Assembly: GCA_002269645.1 (NCBI GenBank)
Contig: NIVC01001673.1
Location: 188,632 to 252,631, forward strand
Direction: 5' to 3'
Source: Macrostomum lignano
Taxonomy: Eukaryota
Length of the DNA stretch: 64,000 bases
The position numbers and the translations under genes are program-made. Positions 51,801 through 63,641 of this stretch are shown here, in pieces. The first letter of the stretch is position 1. Every line of letters starts with the position of its first letter. The notes beneath the pieces were generated by a model. That model worked only from the letters and a program-made list of their open reading frames with translations, was not told where the DNA came from and did no database searches.

Positions 51801-53281
51801 TTTTGAGGGCCGATCCCATGGTGTGGGACAGTTCGAAGGCAGATTCCATGGTGTGGGGCAGTTTGAAGGCAGATTCCATGGTGTGGGACAGTTCGAAGGC
51901 AGATTCCATGGTGTGGGGCAGTTTGAAGGCAGATTCCATGGTGTGGGGCAGTTTGAAGGCAGATTCCATGGTGTGGGACAGTTTGAAGGCAGATCCCATG
52001 GTGTGGGACAGTTTGAAGGCAGATTCCATGGTGTGGGGCAGTTTGAAGGCAGATTCCATGGTGTGAAACAGTTTTGAGGGCCGATCCCATGGTGTGGGAC
52101 AGTTTGAAGGCAGATCCCATGGTGTGGGACAGTTTGAAGGCAGATCCCATGGTGTGGGACAGTTTGAAGGCAGATTCCATGGTGTGGGACAGTTTGAAGG
52201 CAGATTCCATGGTGTGGGGCAGTTTGAAGGCAGATTCCATGGTGTGAAACAGTTTTGAGGGCCGATCCCATGGTGTGGGACAGTTTGAAGGCAGATTCCA
52301 TGGTGTGGGGCAGTTTGAAGGCAGATTCCATGGTGTGGGACAGTTTGAAGGCAGATTCCATGGTGTGGGGCAGTTTGAAGGCAGATTCCATGGTGTGGGG
52401 CAGTTTGAAGGCAGATTCCATGGTGTGAAACAGTTTTGAGGGCCGATCCCATGGTGTGGGACAGTTTGAAGGCAGATCCCATGGTGTGGGACAGTTTGAA
52501 GGCAGATCCCATGGTGTGGGACAGTTTGAAGGCAGATTCCATGGTGTGGGACAGTTTGAAGGCAGATTCCATGGTGTGGGGCAGTTTGAAGGCAGATTCC
52601 ATGGTGTGAAACAGTTTTGAGGGCCGATCCCATGGTGTGGGACAGTTTGAAGGCAGATTCCATGGTGTGGGGCAGTTTGAAGGCAGATTCCATGGTGTGG
52701 GGCAGTTTGAAGGCAGATTCCATGGTGTGGGGCAGTTCGAAGGCAGATTCCATGGTGTGGGGCAGTTTGAAGGCAGATTCCATGGTGTGGGGCAGTTTGA
52801 AGGCAGATTCCATGGTGTGGGGCAGTTCGAAGGCAGATTCCATGGTGTGGGGCAGTTTGAAGGCAGATTCCATGGTGTGGGGCAGTTTGAAGGCAGATTC
52901 CATGAACTACTAGAGTTGGGTCCTAATCTATTAAATCGATCAAGATCCCGGACTTACGGCCTGAACGCAGTCAATAACGGGCACTTTGCCCTCCTTGTTT
53001 CCATCCTTATACTTGTCGTAGGTCTGCTGAGAGACCAGAGACCAGAGCTTGTCGGTGTTGACAGCCGGGCAGTAGTAGGGATTCCGCCTGAGATGGAAGT
53101 GGCGCATGCCAACCTTGCCGAAGTAGCCGGGGTGGTACTTGTCAAAGTTGGTGCGGTGGTGGTGGGCGCCGCCGGCGTTACCGCGGCCGCTGGGGTGCTT
53201 GCGGTGCTTGCCAATCCGGCCGTGGCCGTGCGACACGTGGCCGCGCAGCTTGCGGGTCTTTGTGGGCTTCAGCTTGGACAT
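48885..53281 (-). CDS. RPL27A: 60S ribosomal protein L27a (uL15); exons 53281-52958 and 49013-48885; 150 aa
   Basis: [31 protein letters not shown]...[16 protein letters not shown]; GFFKVLGKG...[25 protein letters not shown]. Phase-0 intron GCC|GTAAGT ... CGCAG|GGC. Confidence 0.98.
49063..52904. repeat. ~3.84-kb 30/31-bp minisatellite (~125 units) filling the RPL27a intron
   Basis: A unit ccatggtgtgggRcagtttgaaggcagatY (30 bp) interspersed with B-type units containing aaacag and/or ttttgagggccgatc (31 bp). Confidence 0.97.
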
Positions 53282-53441
53282 GGCGGACCGGCCTGGAGCT
53301 GCAAATTCAGTTGGCGGTTTCCGAAATTAAAATTTGCCTTTTTTTGTTTAGATTCCTACTTGTAGTAGGCACGTGCGAACAAAAAAAGTTAAGGCCAAAC
53401 AGAGTGATTGACTTGTCAACACAGCTTATTTTTAACCATAA

Positions 53442-53862
53442 GGATCTGAGGCTGGCCCAGCAACTGAGGATCTGGGAGGCTGGCCCAGCAACTGAGGATC
53501 TGGGAGGCTGGCCCAGCAACTGAGGATCTGGGAGGCTGGCCCAGCAACTGAGGATCTGGGAGGCTGGTCCAGCAACTGAGGATCTGAGGCTAGCCCAGCA
53601 ACTGAGGATCTGGGAGGCTGGCCCAGCATCTGGGGATCTGGTAGGCTGGCTGCCCAGCAACTGAGGATCTGGGAGGCTGGCCCAGCAACTGAGGATCTGG
53701 GAGGCTGGCCCAGCAACTGAGGATCTGAGGCTGGCCCAGCAACTGAGGATCTGAGGCTGGCCCAGCAACTGAGGATCTGAGGGTTGCCCAGCAGTTGAGG
53801 ATCTGAGGGTTGCCCAGCAGCTGAGGATTTAGGAGGGTGGTCCAAGAACTGAGGATCTGGGA
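53442..53862. repeat. 28/25-bp minisatellite (gctggcccagcaactgaggatct[gg]gag) between eIF2A and RPL27a
   Basis: Direct reading; period 28 (53461 to 53489) with 25-bp variants. Confidence 0.92.
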
Positions 53863-54085
53863 GGGTCTTGGGACATCAGGTGTCGGTGGCTCAGCTTATT
53901 TCCTATTCATAAACAGTAAATACAAACAGAAGGAGCAAAAAGCACCAAATCTCACAATGCAATCTCACAAGAAACAAAACAAAAACGGGAACAAAAGTCC
54001 AAATTATATTTCCTTCTCTCAAGCGGCAGCAAACAGAAATAGGAGCAGTTATTATGAGTCGGAATCTCAGTCAGAACATCGGGGG

Positions 54086-56479
54086 TCACAGGTACAGCTC
54101 ATCCAGCTTCTGCCGCAGCTCGTCCTCAGTTTTGAGCTTCTCCATCTGGTTGAGCTCCAGCTGCTTGCCGGCCGCCTGGTCAGCGCGCAGCTTGTCAATC
54201 TGCTGCAGCTTGCGCAGGATGGCCTTGGCCCGCTTGTCCTTCTCGGCGTCTCCCGTGGACTCGAAGCTGGCCAGCACTCCGCCACCGCCAGGCTGCTCGC
54301 CAGCCGCAGCGGCCTCGGGAGCGCCAGCGGTTGCGGCGGCCCGCTTGCGCTCTTTCTTGCGCTGGTTCTTCACGGCCGCCTTGCTGAGGCCGCCGGCCGC
54401 GCCGTCAGCCGCCGGCCGCTGATTGGACGGCAGCTCGTAGTTGTGCAGCTGCTGCTGCTGGCGCGGCTGGGCCTGCTGGCTGGCCGAGCCAGAGTCCCGG
54501 TTGCGCAGGTGCGGCGGCACGTACCTGCGGGCCCGGTCGGGGGATTGAGGAAATTGACAGAATCAGCTACTACTGAAAAAGTAGCAAGGAAAGAATGCGA
54601 GCATCCTATTGTGTGACATTGCAAAACAGTGGCACTATTGCGATTCGCATGTAAACAGTATACGTGAAACTCCAGGTCATGTGGCGGACTTTCTTAAGAG
54701 TCATTTCTTGAGTTTCCTATAATCTGGACTTGAACCTCCTAAGTTAATGTCTCATAAACATTTAATTTGGAACAAAACCATCACACATTTGAGCAGCTCT
54801 TCACTGGACAATGATAATCCTTCAGAATCAGAGACAAGCTGCTCACCGAGTCGCCTGGGTCTGCTGCGTGATGGCCTGGAACGACTTGCTGGTGTCATAG
54901 CGCAGCTTGGGCGGCTCGCAGGCGGGTTGGGGCCGCCAGGCCACCTCCAGCAGGCAGTCGAAGTCGCGCCTGGCCATCACCTTGCCCGAGTAGTGGTACA
55001 CGGTCAGGCAGTTGTTCACCGCAGCCTGGGCGAAGTGGTGGCCGCAACAAAGTGCACGCCGTCCGAGCACCACTGGAACTGCGTGGCGTCCGGCACGAGC
55101 AGCTTGGCCATGAGGCGCTTGTTGGCGAAGTCCCACAGCTCAACGTCGCCTTTGAGATTGCCGAAGCCGGCCAGGCACAGGATGTTGCCGAACGGATTAA
55201 AGTAGGTCACGTTGCGGGGCCCCGTGCCGAAGTCGAAGACGGGCTCGCAGCGCAGGTTGTACACGGTGGTCTTGGCGGGCATGGAGCCGGCGGTCACCAC
55301 GAACTGGGTGCAGTCCGGGTGCCACTCCGTGTGGTAGATCGGGCCGGCCTTTTGCAGCGGCACGGCGCAGGACTCGCCCCGCACAGACAGGTAGTGCAGG
55401 CCCTGCTCACCGTAATAGGAGTCCTTCGACACCTCCGAGGCAGTCAGCAGCAGCAGGTCGGTGCCGCGCCGGTTCCACTGGAAGCTGACGCTCTCGGCTT
55501 TGTAGAGGGACTTGTTGGCCACGGGGGCGGTCGGGCTGAGGTCCGGGTAGCGGAACACCCGGACACTGTGCGGCTGGCCGCGGCTGCCCGGGATGAAGGC
55601 GGCCACGTGGCAGGCGTCCGAGCGGCCGGGGGACATGGAGTACGCGGCCAGGCCCGCGATGGACAGCCGGCAGCGCATGCTGGAAAAGTCTCGGTCCTGG
55701 AGTTTGAGCAGTAGTGGGATTCAAACTGATTGGGATTCAAACTGATTGGGATTCAAACTGATTGGAGCTCAAACTGAGGGGAACTCAAACTGATTGATTG
55801 CAACTCAAACTGATTGCAACTCAAACTGATTGGAACTCAAACTGATTGGGATTCAAACTGATTGGAACTCAAACTGATTGCAACTGAAACTGAGTAGGAT
55901 TCAAGGCACTCAATTTCTGAGTTAATCAGAAGTCATCAAGCTACTTAAACTGAAGCTGACCGGAACTAGGAGCCACAGAATATGAATTAAAATGCTACAC
56001 AATCAGAATCCACCCACAAAGGCGCACCTGATAACAGTGGACCTCCCCGGTGACGCCGCGAGCGCACACAACGCTGTCCTCAGTCCAAGACGGTCGCCAA
56101 GTGTCGGCCTTCTTGTGCACAAATGACTTGAGCAATTTCCCAGTGCTAGAGTCGTACAGATTCATATTGGGCGAGCCCTGCGGATTGTCGCTGGTGACGG
56201 CGTACTGCTCCCACACGGCCAGCACCGTGCCGCAGGGCGAGAATGCCAGCTGGGCGGCCTTGGGGTGCGGCAGGTCAACAGTAGAGTTGGCGGCCAGACT
56301 GCGCACTTTCACACCTGCGCTGTTGCAGTGGGCAAAGAATTCGCCATTGGCGCTGTAAGCCAGGCAGCGGCAGGCGCCAGTGCCGTCACTGGCGAGGCTG
56401 CTCAGCGCGTCCTGGGCGCCTTGGCTGGCGCCATCGGATGGTACAAAGCGCTCAGTTTTCAGGCCGTGTTGAAAGCGAT
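54086..56479 (-). CDS. EIF2A: Eukaryotic translation initiation factor 2A; exons ~56479-56028, 55696-54847, 54524-54086; first exon/start not located; 1-bp G-run deletion near 55019
   Basis: SYYGEQGLHY, GPIYHTEW, MPAKTTVYNLRCEPVFDFGTGPRN, LAGFGNLKG, PRLR/VNN, YVPPHLRN, GKQLELNQMEKL all match eIF2A. Phase-consistent GT-AG introns; CGGTGA where CGGGTG is expected. Confidence 0.92.
55715..55895. repeat. 16-17-bp tandem repeat (aaactgattggRaYtc) in an eIF2A intron
   Basis: Direct reading. Confidence 0.85.
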
Positions 56480-56639
56480 CTGTTTGAATTTGGGAATCGA
56501 TTGGAGGTTTAGAAACACTGAAGCAGTATGGATTAGCACTTGCTGTCTCTCTAAACCAACAAACATAAGGCATATGTAAATACCACAATTTACTACTTAA
56601 GAATTGTAGACCAAAATCGGAACAAATATCTGGCATTTA

Positions 56640-58570
56640 GAATGTTACTATTTTTCTATTTCCTTTCCTAATTAAAAAATTAAACTCCAAAATTAAAAAC
56701 ATTTTTACAATATTTTGTCTATTGACAAATACTTATGGCAAAAAATCAATAACCACAAAGACTTTTGTGCACGTTGACAATTAAACTTTTTTCCTTTTGT
56801 ATGCCATGCATGCGGAGGTTTTAGAATGTACACCAGAAAATGATAGCATTCACTACATCTTCCAGAATATAGTATTTGTATTAATATCAGTTTAATTAAG
56901 TTATTAATAATTTAATACTGAGCTATCAACATTTTAGATTTTATTTGAGACAAGATTCAAGACAATACAAGACAAGATATAATTCTAAAATTCATTTTTA
57001 GATTTTGTTGAGTCTGCTATTATATACCTTGTCACAAAACTAAAATAATACATATATAACCATGTTTGTTAATTGACTAAAACTGCCTAACATTAGCCAG
57101 AACTTGAATTTTTTAAAATTACCTTACTGATTATCATACATGCTAAAACATATGTTAGGTAATTTGCATTTTGATCAAAAATTAGATTGCATGGCCAGTG
57201 TAAATCAAAAGGTTGCACATGTATATTAAGCATAATACAACAACAGATATATTTATAAAAAATTGTCTTTTTATTTCTCATCCCCCCATTTTTTTATGTA
57301 AATATTAAAAAAATTATTGAATCTTGTCTTGAAATTTTTCAAGAAACTTGAGAGATTTCTTGAAACAAGAAAAAATTGAGACCTTAACTCGAATCTTATC
57401 TCATTAAGATCTTATGATGCCTCTATTAATATTAATTTGTATAAATTTTATATACTAATAAATTATATTTAAGAAAAAATAAGGTCAATGATATAAAAAA
57501 TCACTTATATATATTATTCCTAATCATTTTACTTTTATATTAAGGTCTAAAGCAAAAGGTCAAACAATTTATTATATTTAGAATAATAATAGAGCAAATG
57601 TTGATTTTTGCAAGTTTCTAAAACCAAATCCAAATTTAGATTCCAAATGTAAATCCAAATATCCAAATGTGTTTCCAAATGTAAGCAAAAAGTAAAAGGT
57701 AAATGGTGGGAGTAACTATAATATTTTGAAGTAACAATAATATCTTGTTATTTAATGAGTTATCTAAAAAAATAACTAGTCTACTCTTCAAATGAATTGC
57801 AAGAATTAAAATTTAATAAAGAGTAAATAGGTTTGAATTGAACTTAATCTTTATACAACTAATCTAGCTAATTCTAATTACTAATACCAACTAATGTTAC
57901 ATTTGTGCAATTTGAAAACTTTACTATAAGTAGGGACTCTAATGAGATTGTGGTGTGAATTAAAAATGCAAAATATGACCAAAACAGTGCTGTTTATAAA
58001 TGCAAAAAAGTAATATAATATAGAATACAAATAATGAGTAAATACATTTTAAAAGAGCAATAAAAATGCTTTAAAATCTAGATTGATTGGATAAATTTGA
58101 CAAAAGTTACATTGGAGTAAAGTTTCACAATTTTTGAGAGAATTTTGCAACTGTGACTGTCATAAAAATAATGTTTCATATTTTAATTTTTCTAAGAAAC
58201 AATACATTTTTATATAAAATCGTGATTTCAACTACATTCTACATATAAAAAGGCTATTTTAGGACCATTTTTTTCTTAAGTTTCAGATTCCACCAAAAGT
58301 CATATTTATTTACTTTGTTTCACTTTTTCAAATGGGCAATGTCAAAATCTGTGATCTGGCCATGGATTTTCTAATATAGAATTTATTGAAGAACATGATA
58401 GAATAAGTGCCATTTTCATAATAAGCTGCATTTTTCTGTGCTTAGAGCCTAGAGTACCTACTACATTAACAAGTGAATAACAGTTTTAAGACATTTGCAT
58501 CATTTTGAATGGCAAAAAAACAGAATACATGTCTATTTCTTCTTAATTGTACATAATTACAAAGTATTTA
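56640..58570. other. AT-rich non-coding block, compositionally distinct from its neighbours
   Basis: Long A/T runs, few C/G bases, no credible ORF, abrupt boundaries. Confidence 0.75.
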
Positions 58571-58603
58571 AGGATTTCAAGTGCTTTTCAGGTTCTGTAG
58601 GCC

Positions 58604-58991
58604 TGAGGATCGCCTGAGGAAAGCCAGGGATTGCAACTTCGAAGAAGGCGACAGTGTCCTGGTGCGCGACTTTAATGGTCTGGAGAAGTGGGCGCCGGCC
58701 TCCGTGAGCCGCCAGACCGGGCCGCTGTCCTACAAGTGCCGCCTGCCCGATGAGTGCATTGTGCGGCGGCTTGCCAACCACCTGGTTCCGGCGACAATCT
58801 CACCTGAGCAAGCGGCAGGATCGGCTCAGTCAGGTGGGGCGGCGCCACAGCTTCTGACTCCGTCAGTGACAACGTCTGAAGCGCCACCGCCCCCGCTGCC
58901 GCCACCGCCGGCGCCGCCGCTGCTGCCACCCCCGATGCTGCAGCATTTGGAGAGGACTACAAGGGCACCGGATCGACTGACCTACGAGTGA
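58604..58991 (+). mobile_element. Ty3/gypsy pol 3' fragment (integrase C-terminal region)
   Basis: FEEGDSVLVRDF...KW...V...TGPLSY...RR..NHL then a Pro-rich tail, typical of gypsy integrase C-termini. Confidence 0.65.
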
Positions 58992-59115
58992 ACTTGATCT
59001 GACAAAGACTGACAGTTTTTTTGGGTGTTGGGTTTTTCTTTTTTTTTGCAAGTTCTGTTGCTTTTGTCTTGCAAGTGCTTTCAAGATTTCAAGTGCTTTT
59101 CAGGTTCTGTAGGCC

Positions 59116-59196
59116 CTGGGCGTCAATCCGATGCCCCAAATAGGTCACCGAATTCTCCATGAAGCGGCATTTGTCAAGCCGGCACTTCAGCCCGGC
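59116..59196 (-). mobile_element. Ty3/gypsy reverse transcriptase, continuation after the LINE insertion
   Basis: Reads AGLKCRLDKCRFMENSVTYLGHRIDAQGL, continuing LQRLKDAGL from 63642-63670. Confidence 0.85.
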
Positions 59197-62100
59197 TTAC
59201 TTACTTGACTTAGCTGCAGAGCTGTCCCGGAGGGGACACAGCGGGAAGGCGCGGGCGCCTATTCCGCTAGTCCCTGAACGGCCGATGCGTCGCTATGGAC
59301 GGAGGGTTGGCGCCGCCCAGGGAGGTCCCCCAGTGTCGCCAGCAGCTATGGTGCTCTCTGGAAAGGAGAGTTCAGCCCTGCGGGTGGCCCGAAGGTAGCG
59401 CATGAGCTGATTAAAGTTTTCGGGTTTGCACGCTTCAGTAATAGATGTGTGTGGCCCCAAGGTAAGTGAGTCTGGCCCGCGTGAAGGCGGGACAGATGCT
59501 GACGAAATGCTCAGCGGTTTTGTCACCTGAGTTGCAGAAGCTATAGGTGGCGTTGGTGGCGTTGCCCTGCAGGTGCTGGTGCCTGGAGAAGCAGCCGTGA
59601 CCAGAGAGGGTCATGGTGGCAGCCCGGATGTCTCTGCGCGAGAGGCGCAAGAGGAGCTTCCGGAGCTGGTGAGAGGGCTGAGGGACAGCGCCTCTGGATT
59701 GCCTGCAGTTCGTGCGGTTCGCCCAAGTCAAGTGGTGCTGAGTCCTGATCCACACTTTGATGCGCAAGTCGATGACACAGCAAGGAATTGGGACAAGAGG
59801 TTCGGGGCCGAGAGAGGAGCCGGAGGCACCAACTTTTGCAAGGGTGTCAGCCAACTCATTTCCTCGGATCCCCACATGCCCCGGAACCCACTTAAGGGTA
59901 ATTTTGTTGGCGGAACCCAACACATTGAGGAGTTTGATACAGTCAAGGACTGTAGCAGAGTTGGTGCTGCAGCCACTGATGGCGTGCAAGGCAGCTTGGC
60001 TGTCCGAATGGAAAATGATGTTCTTACCGATAACGCCAGTGGCGAGAAGCTCTGCAGTGCAGGAGCTGATGGCCAGAACTTCATTTTGGAAAACACTGGA
60101 GTTGACCCCAGTGTATTGAGTGTGGGTAGCGATGACCCTCCTGTTCAGAAAGATTCCAACACCAAAGCCGGTGTTGGCTGACTGCTTAGAACCGTCGGTG
60201 TAGCAATGAAGCTCACCAGGGTTCCAATGGTCATTGATGTTATCGCGCGAGTCAATAGCTACGGAGTAGCGCTGTCTCAGGTTGAGCATTGAGGCAATGC
60301 CATTGGTGAAGACGCGATTGGCCTGACACTCGTTGAGAAAGTTGAGGCACAGATCACTATGCGGGACAAGGTTCCGCTTAGCAGGTGCTCTCATGTAAAT
60401 GAATTTGACGCCGGCATCAATTAGACGCCGCATTGTTCTAGCCGCCTCACCCCTGATGAAGAGGTCAAGAGGCGGAAGATTAAGGAAGGCCCCCATGCCA
60501 GCAAAGGGCATGGACCTGGTGGCGTTGCAGATGAGCCTACACGCTCTGCCTTGGATCGTGTTGAGCAGGTCTGCATGGCTTTTGACCTGGGTAGCGCTAA
60601 CCCAGACAACAGAGGCGTACGTAATGGCAAGTCTAACTACGGAAGTATAGATCCACCAAAGCTGCTTTGGGGATAGACCCCAAGAAGTGCCAAGTGCTCG
60701 TCGGAGCTGGGCCAGGATGGCTGAGGCACGCTTGGCTTTTGCTTTCACGTGGGAGGACCAGTTGAGCCGGTGGTCAAGTATGACCCCAAGACATCTGGTC
60801 TGGTGCACGAAGGCAATATCTCTGCCGTAGAGCTGCAGAGGACGTATGTTCCAGCGTAGTCTGCTGGTAAACATAATGGCAACGGTTTTGGGCTCAGAGA
60901 GTTCCAGACCATTGTCATTGGCCCAGGATTCTGCTTTGCGGATAAAGCTCTGCATCAGATCCCTGAGCGTGCTGGGAGATGGTCCTGCCACAATGGCCAT
61001 GATGTCATCAGCATACCCGACTTTGAAGACGGGGTCGGGTCGGGAGTCACTCAAAAGAGCGTCCATGACCAGGTTCCAGAGCGTCGGGGTGAGGACTCCG
61101 CCTTGGGGTCCACCCTTACAGACTCTGGTGGAGGCAGTTTGCCCAAGAAGTTGGGCAGTGACTGTACGGTTGGAGATCATGTACATGATCCACCGTATGA
61201 GGGTAGCATGAGCTTTGCGATTTTGAAGGGCCCTCTGAAACGCTTCAAAGATAACGTTGTTGAAGGCGCCAACAATGTCAAGAAAGAGAGCCAGAGCGTA
61301 ATCGTCACCCAGTACCGCCCTTTCAATCTTCTCGACAATCGCATGCAAGGCGCTGTCAGTCGACCTCCCGGTATGGAAGGCGTGCTGATTATTGCTGAGG
61401 GGCATCGTTGTCAGCTCGCAGGACAGCAGCCGCCAGAGAATAAGCCTCTCAGTGAGCTTAAGCATTGCTGACGTTAAGCTAATAGGCCGGAAGGCCTTGA
61501 CGCTTTGGTAGTCACCCTTCCCAGGTTTGGGAATAAAGACTACCCAAGCTTCAGTCCAGCATTTGGGAATGTATCCCAGCTGGATAGAGGCCTGCATAAG
61601 ATTGCGGGTGAGTCTCAGGAACGAGGGTATCTTGGCTGCTTCACGAAGGAGAACAGGGTAGATACCATCAGGTCCAGGAGATTTGAAAGGTTTGAAGGTT
61701 CTGACCGCACGAGCGATTAGGTCTTCAGTGACAATGCCCGCCGCTAGGGTGGCTCCATCCATCGAATGGTTGGGCTCCGGTCTAGCAGTAGGTACCCTCG
61801 GGAAGAATGTGCTAAGCATATGCTGAAGCACTTCTTCAGGGTCTTTAGTAAGAGAGCCATCATCTTTTTTGATCATGGCTAATTTGGACATTTTGTCCAT
61901 TGTAAGGGCCTTGACAAGCCTAGAAGTAGGTCTGTCTTGATCCAATTCATTGCAGAATTGGCCCCACTTACATTCCTTGGCCTTGCACACTTCAGATTTG
62001 AAATTGCGGGAGGCTTGCTGGAAAAGCTCCATGTCCTCCGGGTTTCCGGTCTTCATGGCACGGCGATGAAGGCTTTTGGCCTTCCGCCTGAGTTTCCCCA

Positions 62101-63641
62101 GCTCCGGGTTCCACCACGGCGCCAAGGTCTTGCCTTTGTAGGCGCGAGCAGGACAAGCCGCTTCGTAGGCTTCAATAATGCAACCTGTCAGCGTCTCAGC
62201 CATATGATCCACATCCTCGCAGGTCTCAATTGGACATAAGTCCGTGAGTTCCTGCAGGTGCAGATCAAGGGCAGCCTTGTAGGCCGCCCAATCAGTGTTG
62301 CGGATATTGCGTCTCCAAGTGATCGGAGATTGGGTTTTAGTGTCCGCGATGTTAAAGGCGATAAAGCAGTGGTCAGACAGGGAGGGCTCCTCAGACCAGA
62401 CTCTCCACTCCTCAACTCTGTCAAAGAGTCTTGGGGTAACAAGTGTGGCGTCAAGGACCTCGTCCATCTGCCATTATTAAAGGTAGGAGTGCTGCCGCGG
62501 TTGCAGAGCATGAGGTTTGTGTTAGAGATGAGGGCCAGAAGCTCCTCTCCTCTAGTGTTGGTATCTTTGCTGCCCCAGTGCTTGTGGTGCGCGTTGAGGT
62601 CGCCCCCTAAGCACAGCTCAGCATTCTGGGACTCGCAGTATTGCGCGAGGCACAGTAAACTCTCAGGAGCAGGGTCTTTGTCGCCTGGGATATAAACTGA
62701 GGCAACAAGACACGTACGCGGAGAGAAATGATTAGATTGGATGACACAAAGGTCTCATCAGAGAGATCAGTCCTCAGCCAAGCCTGGAGATGGCTAGCAG
62801 CGAGGATAGCCGCTCTAGGGCGGCTGTTCCCCGGGCCACACACATAAAAATCAGAGTAGCCAGAGGGAATGTTGGGCAACTTACCGTTGCGTATCCAGGG
62901 TTCCTGGATCAGGATGAGGCCTGGCCTGTACAGCTCAGCAATCTTCATCAGATTTACTGACGCAGATACGCAATGCTGTAAATTAATTTGCAGACAGAAT
63001 GTCGCTCCTTTGGCAGCGTAGAGCTTAGTCATACTGTATTAAATGCAATTTCTGGCTAGAGCCAGGGCCATCAAGGAGACTTGGACAACAGATCGTCCTC
63101 GTCCAGGCCGCTGGGGCTTGACTGGGAGATGGGAGTTGGTTGACGTCCATGGCCTCCTCACCCCCACCGGCCCCCCCCAGCAGAGTCCTCAGGCTTCTAA
63201 TGACAGGATGGAGGAAGCTTCCTCACCTGCATCTTACCTTCAGACCCCACCAGGGTGGCCGAGGAGAGCTCGGATTTCGAAGACCCGGCCTCGTCCTCAA
63301 CTCCTTCTCCGACTGGCAGGTTTGGTTCCGGGGCTTGGCCGAGCCATTACCGCGGTCGCCGAACTGGCTAGCAGAGGGGCGAGATGCAGCTTTGGCTTTG
63401 GGATGCGCTTGCGCCTTGCGCCTTTCCTTGGGCCTTAGACTGCGCCCGCTCTTGCTGGAGATGCCAGGGTTGGCAGTAGCCTTCCCTTTGGCAGACTTCC
63501 TCGGCGCATCTTGAGCTTGAGGGCACCCAGCTGGAAAGAGGATCCATTAGGGTACTGACTTGCCCAAGTGCTGGAAAGGCCGAGGACAATTGAGTTGCCC
63601 ATCTCCCCCCTGCGGACTTTACGGTGATACACCAGTCCACT
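59197..63641 (-). mobile_element. Non-LTR retrotransposon (APE endonuclease + RT + RNase H; R1/Loa-like), probably 5'-truncated, 8-bp TSD
   Basis: QINLQH, IQEPW, GGDLNAHH, SDH (APE); FRPISLTS, QHAF, GGPQGGVLTPTLWN, YADD (RT); YTDGS, E, SDSQAAL, WVPGHVGIRGNELAD (RNase H); degenerate zinc knuckle; (TAAG)n-like 3' tail. TSD AGCCCGGC at 59189-59196 and 63642-63649. Frameshifts near 62770, 62470 and 59460. Confidence 0.92.

Noticed and set aside
48885-52903. Three 1178-1314-aa minus-strand ORFs
   Set aside because: They are translations of a stop-free 30/31-bp minisatellite inside the RPL27a intron; only the last 42 codons are real (RPL27a exon 2).
48162-53862. CRISPR-like look of the 28-32-bp arrays
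   Set aside because: Units are head-to-tail with no unique spacers, there are no cas genes, and the context is eukaryotic.
55016-55022. Programmed frameshift or pseudogenisation of eIF2A
   Set aside because: A single missing G in a G-run, matching the homopolymer error pattern elsewhere; no slippery heptamer.
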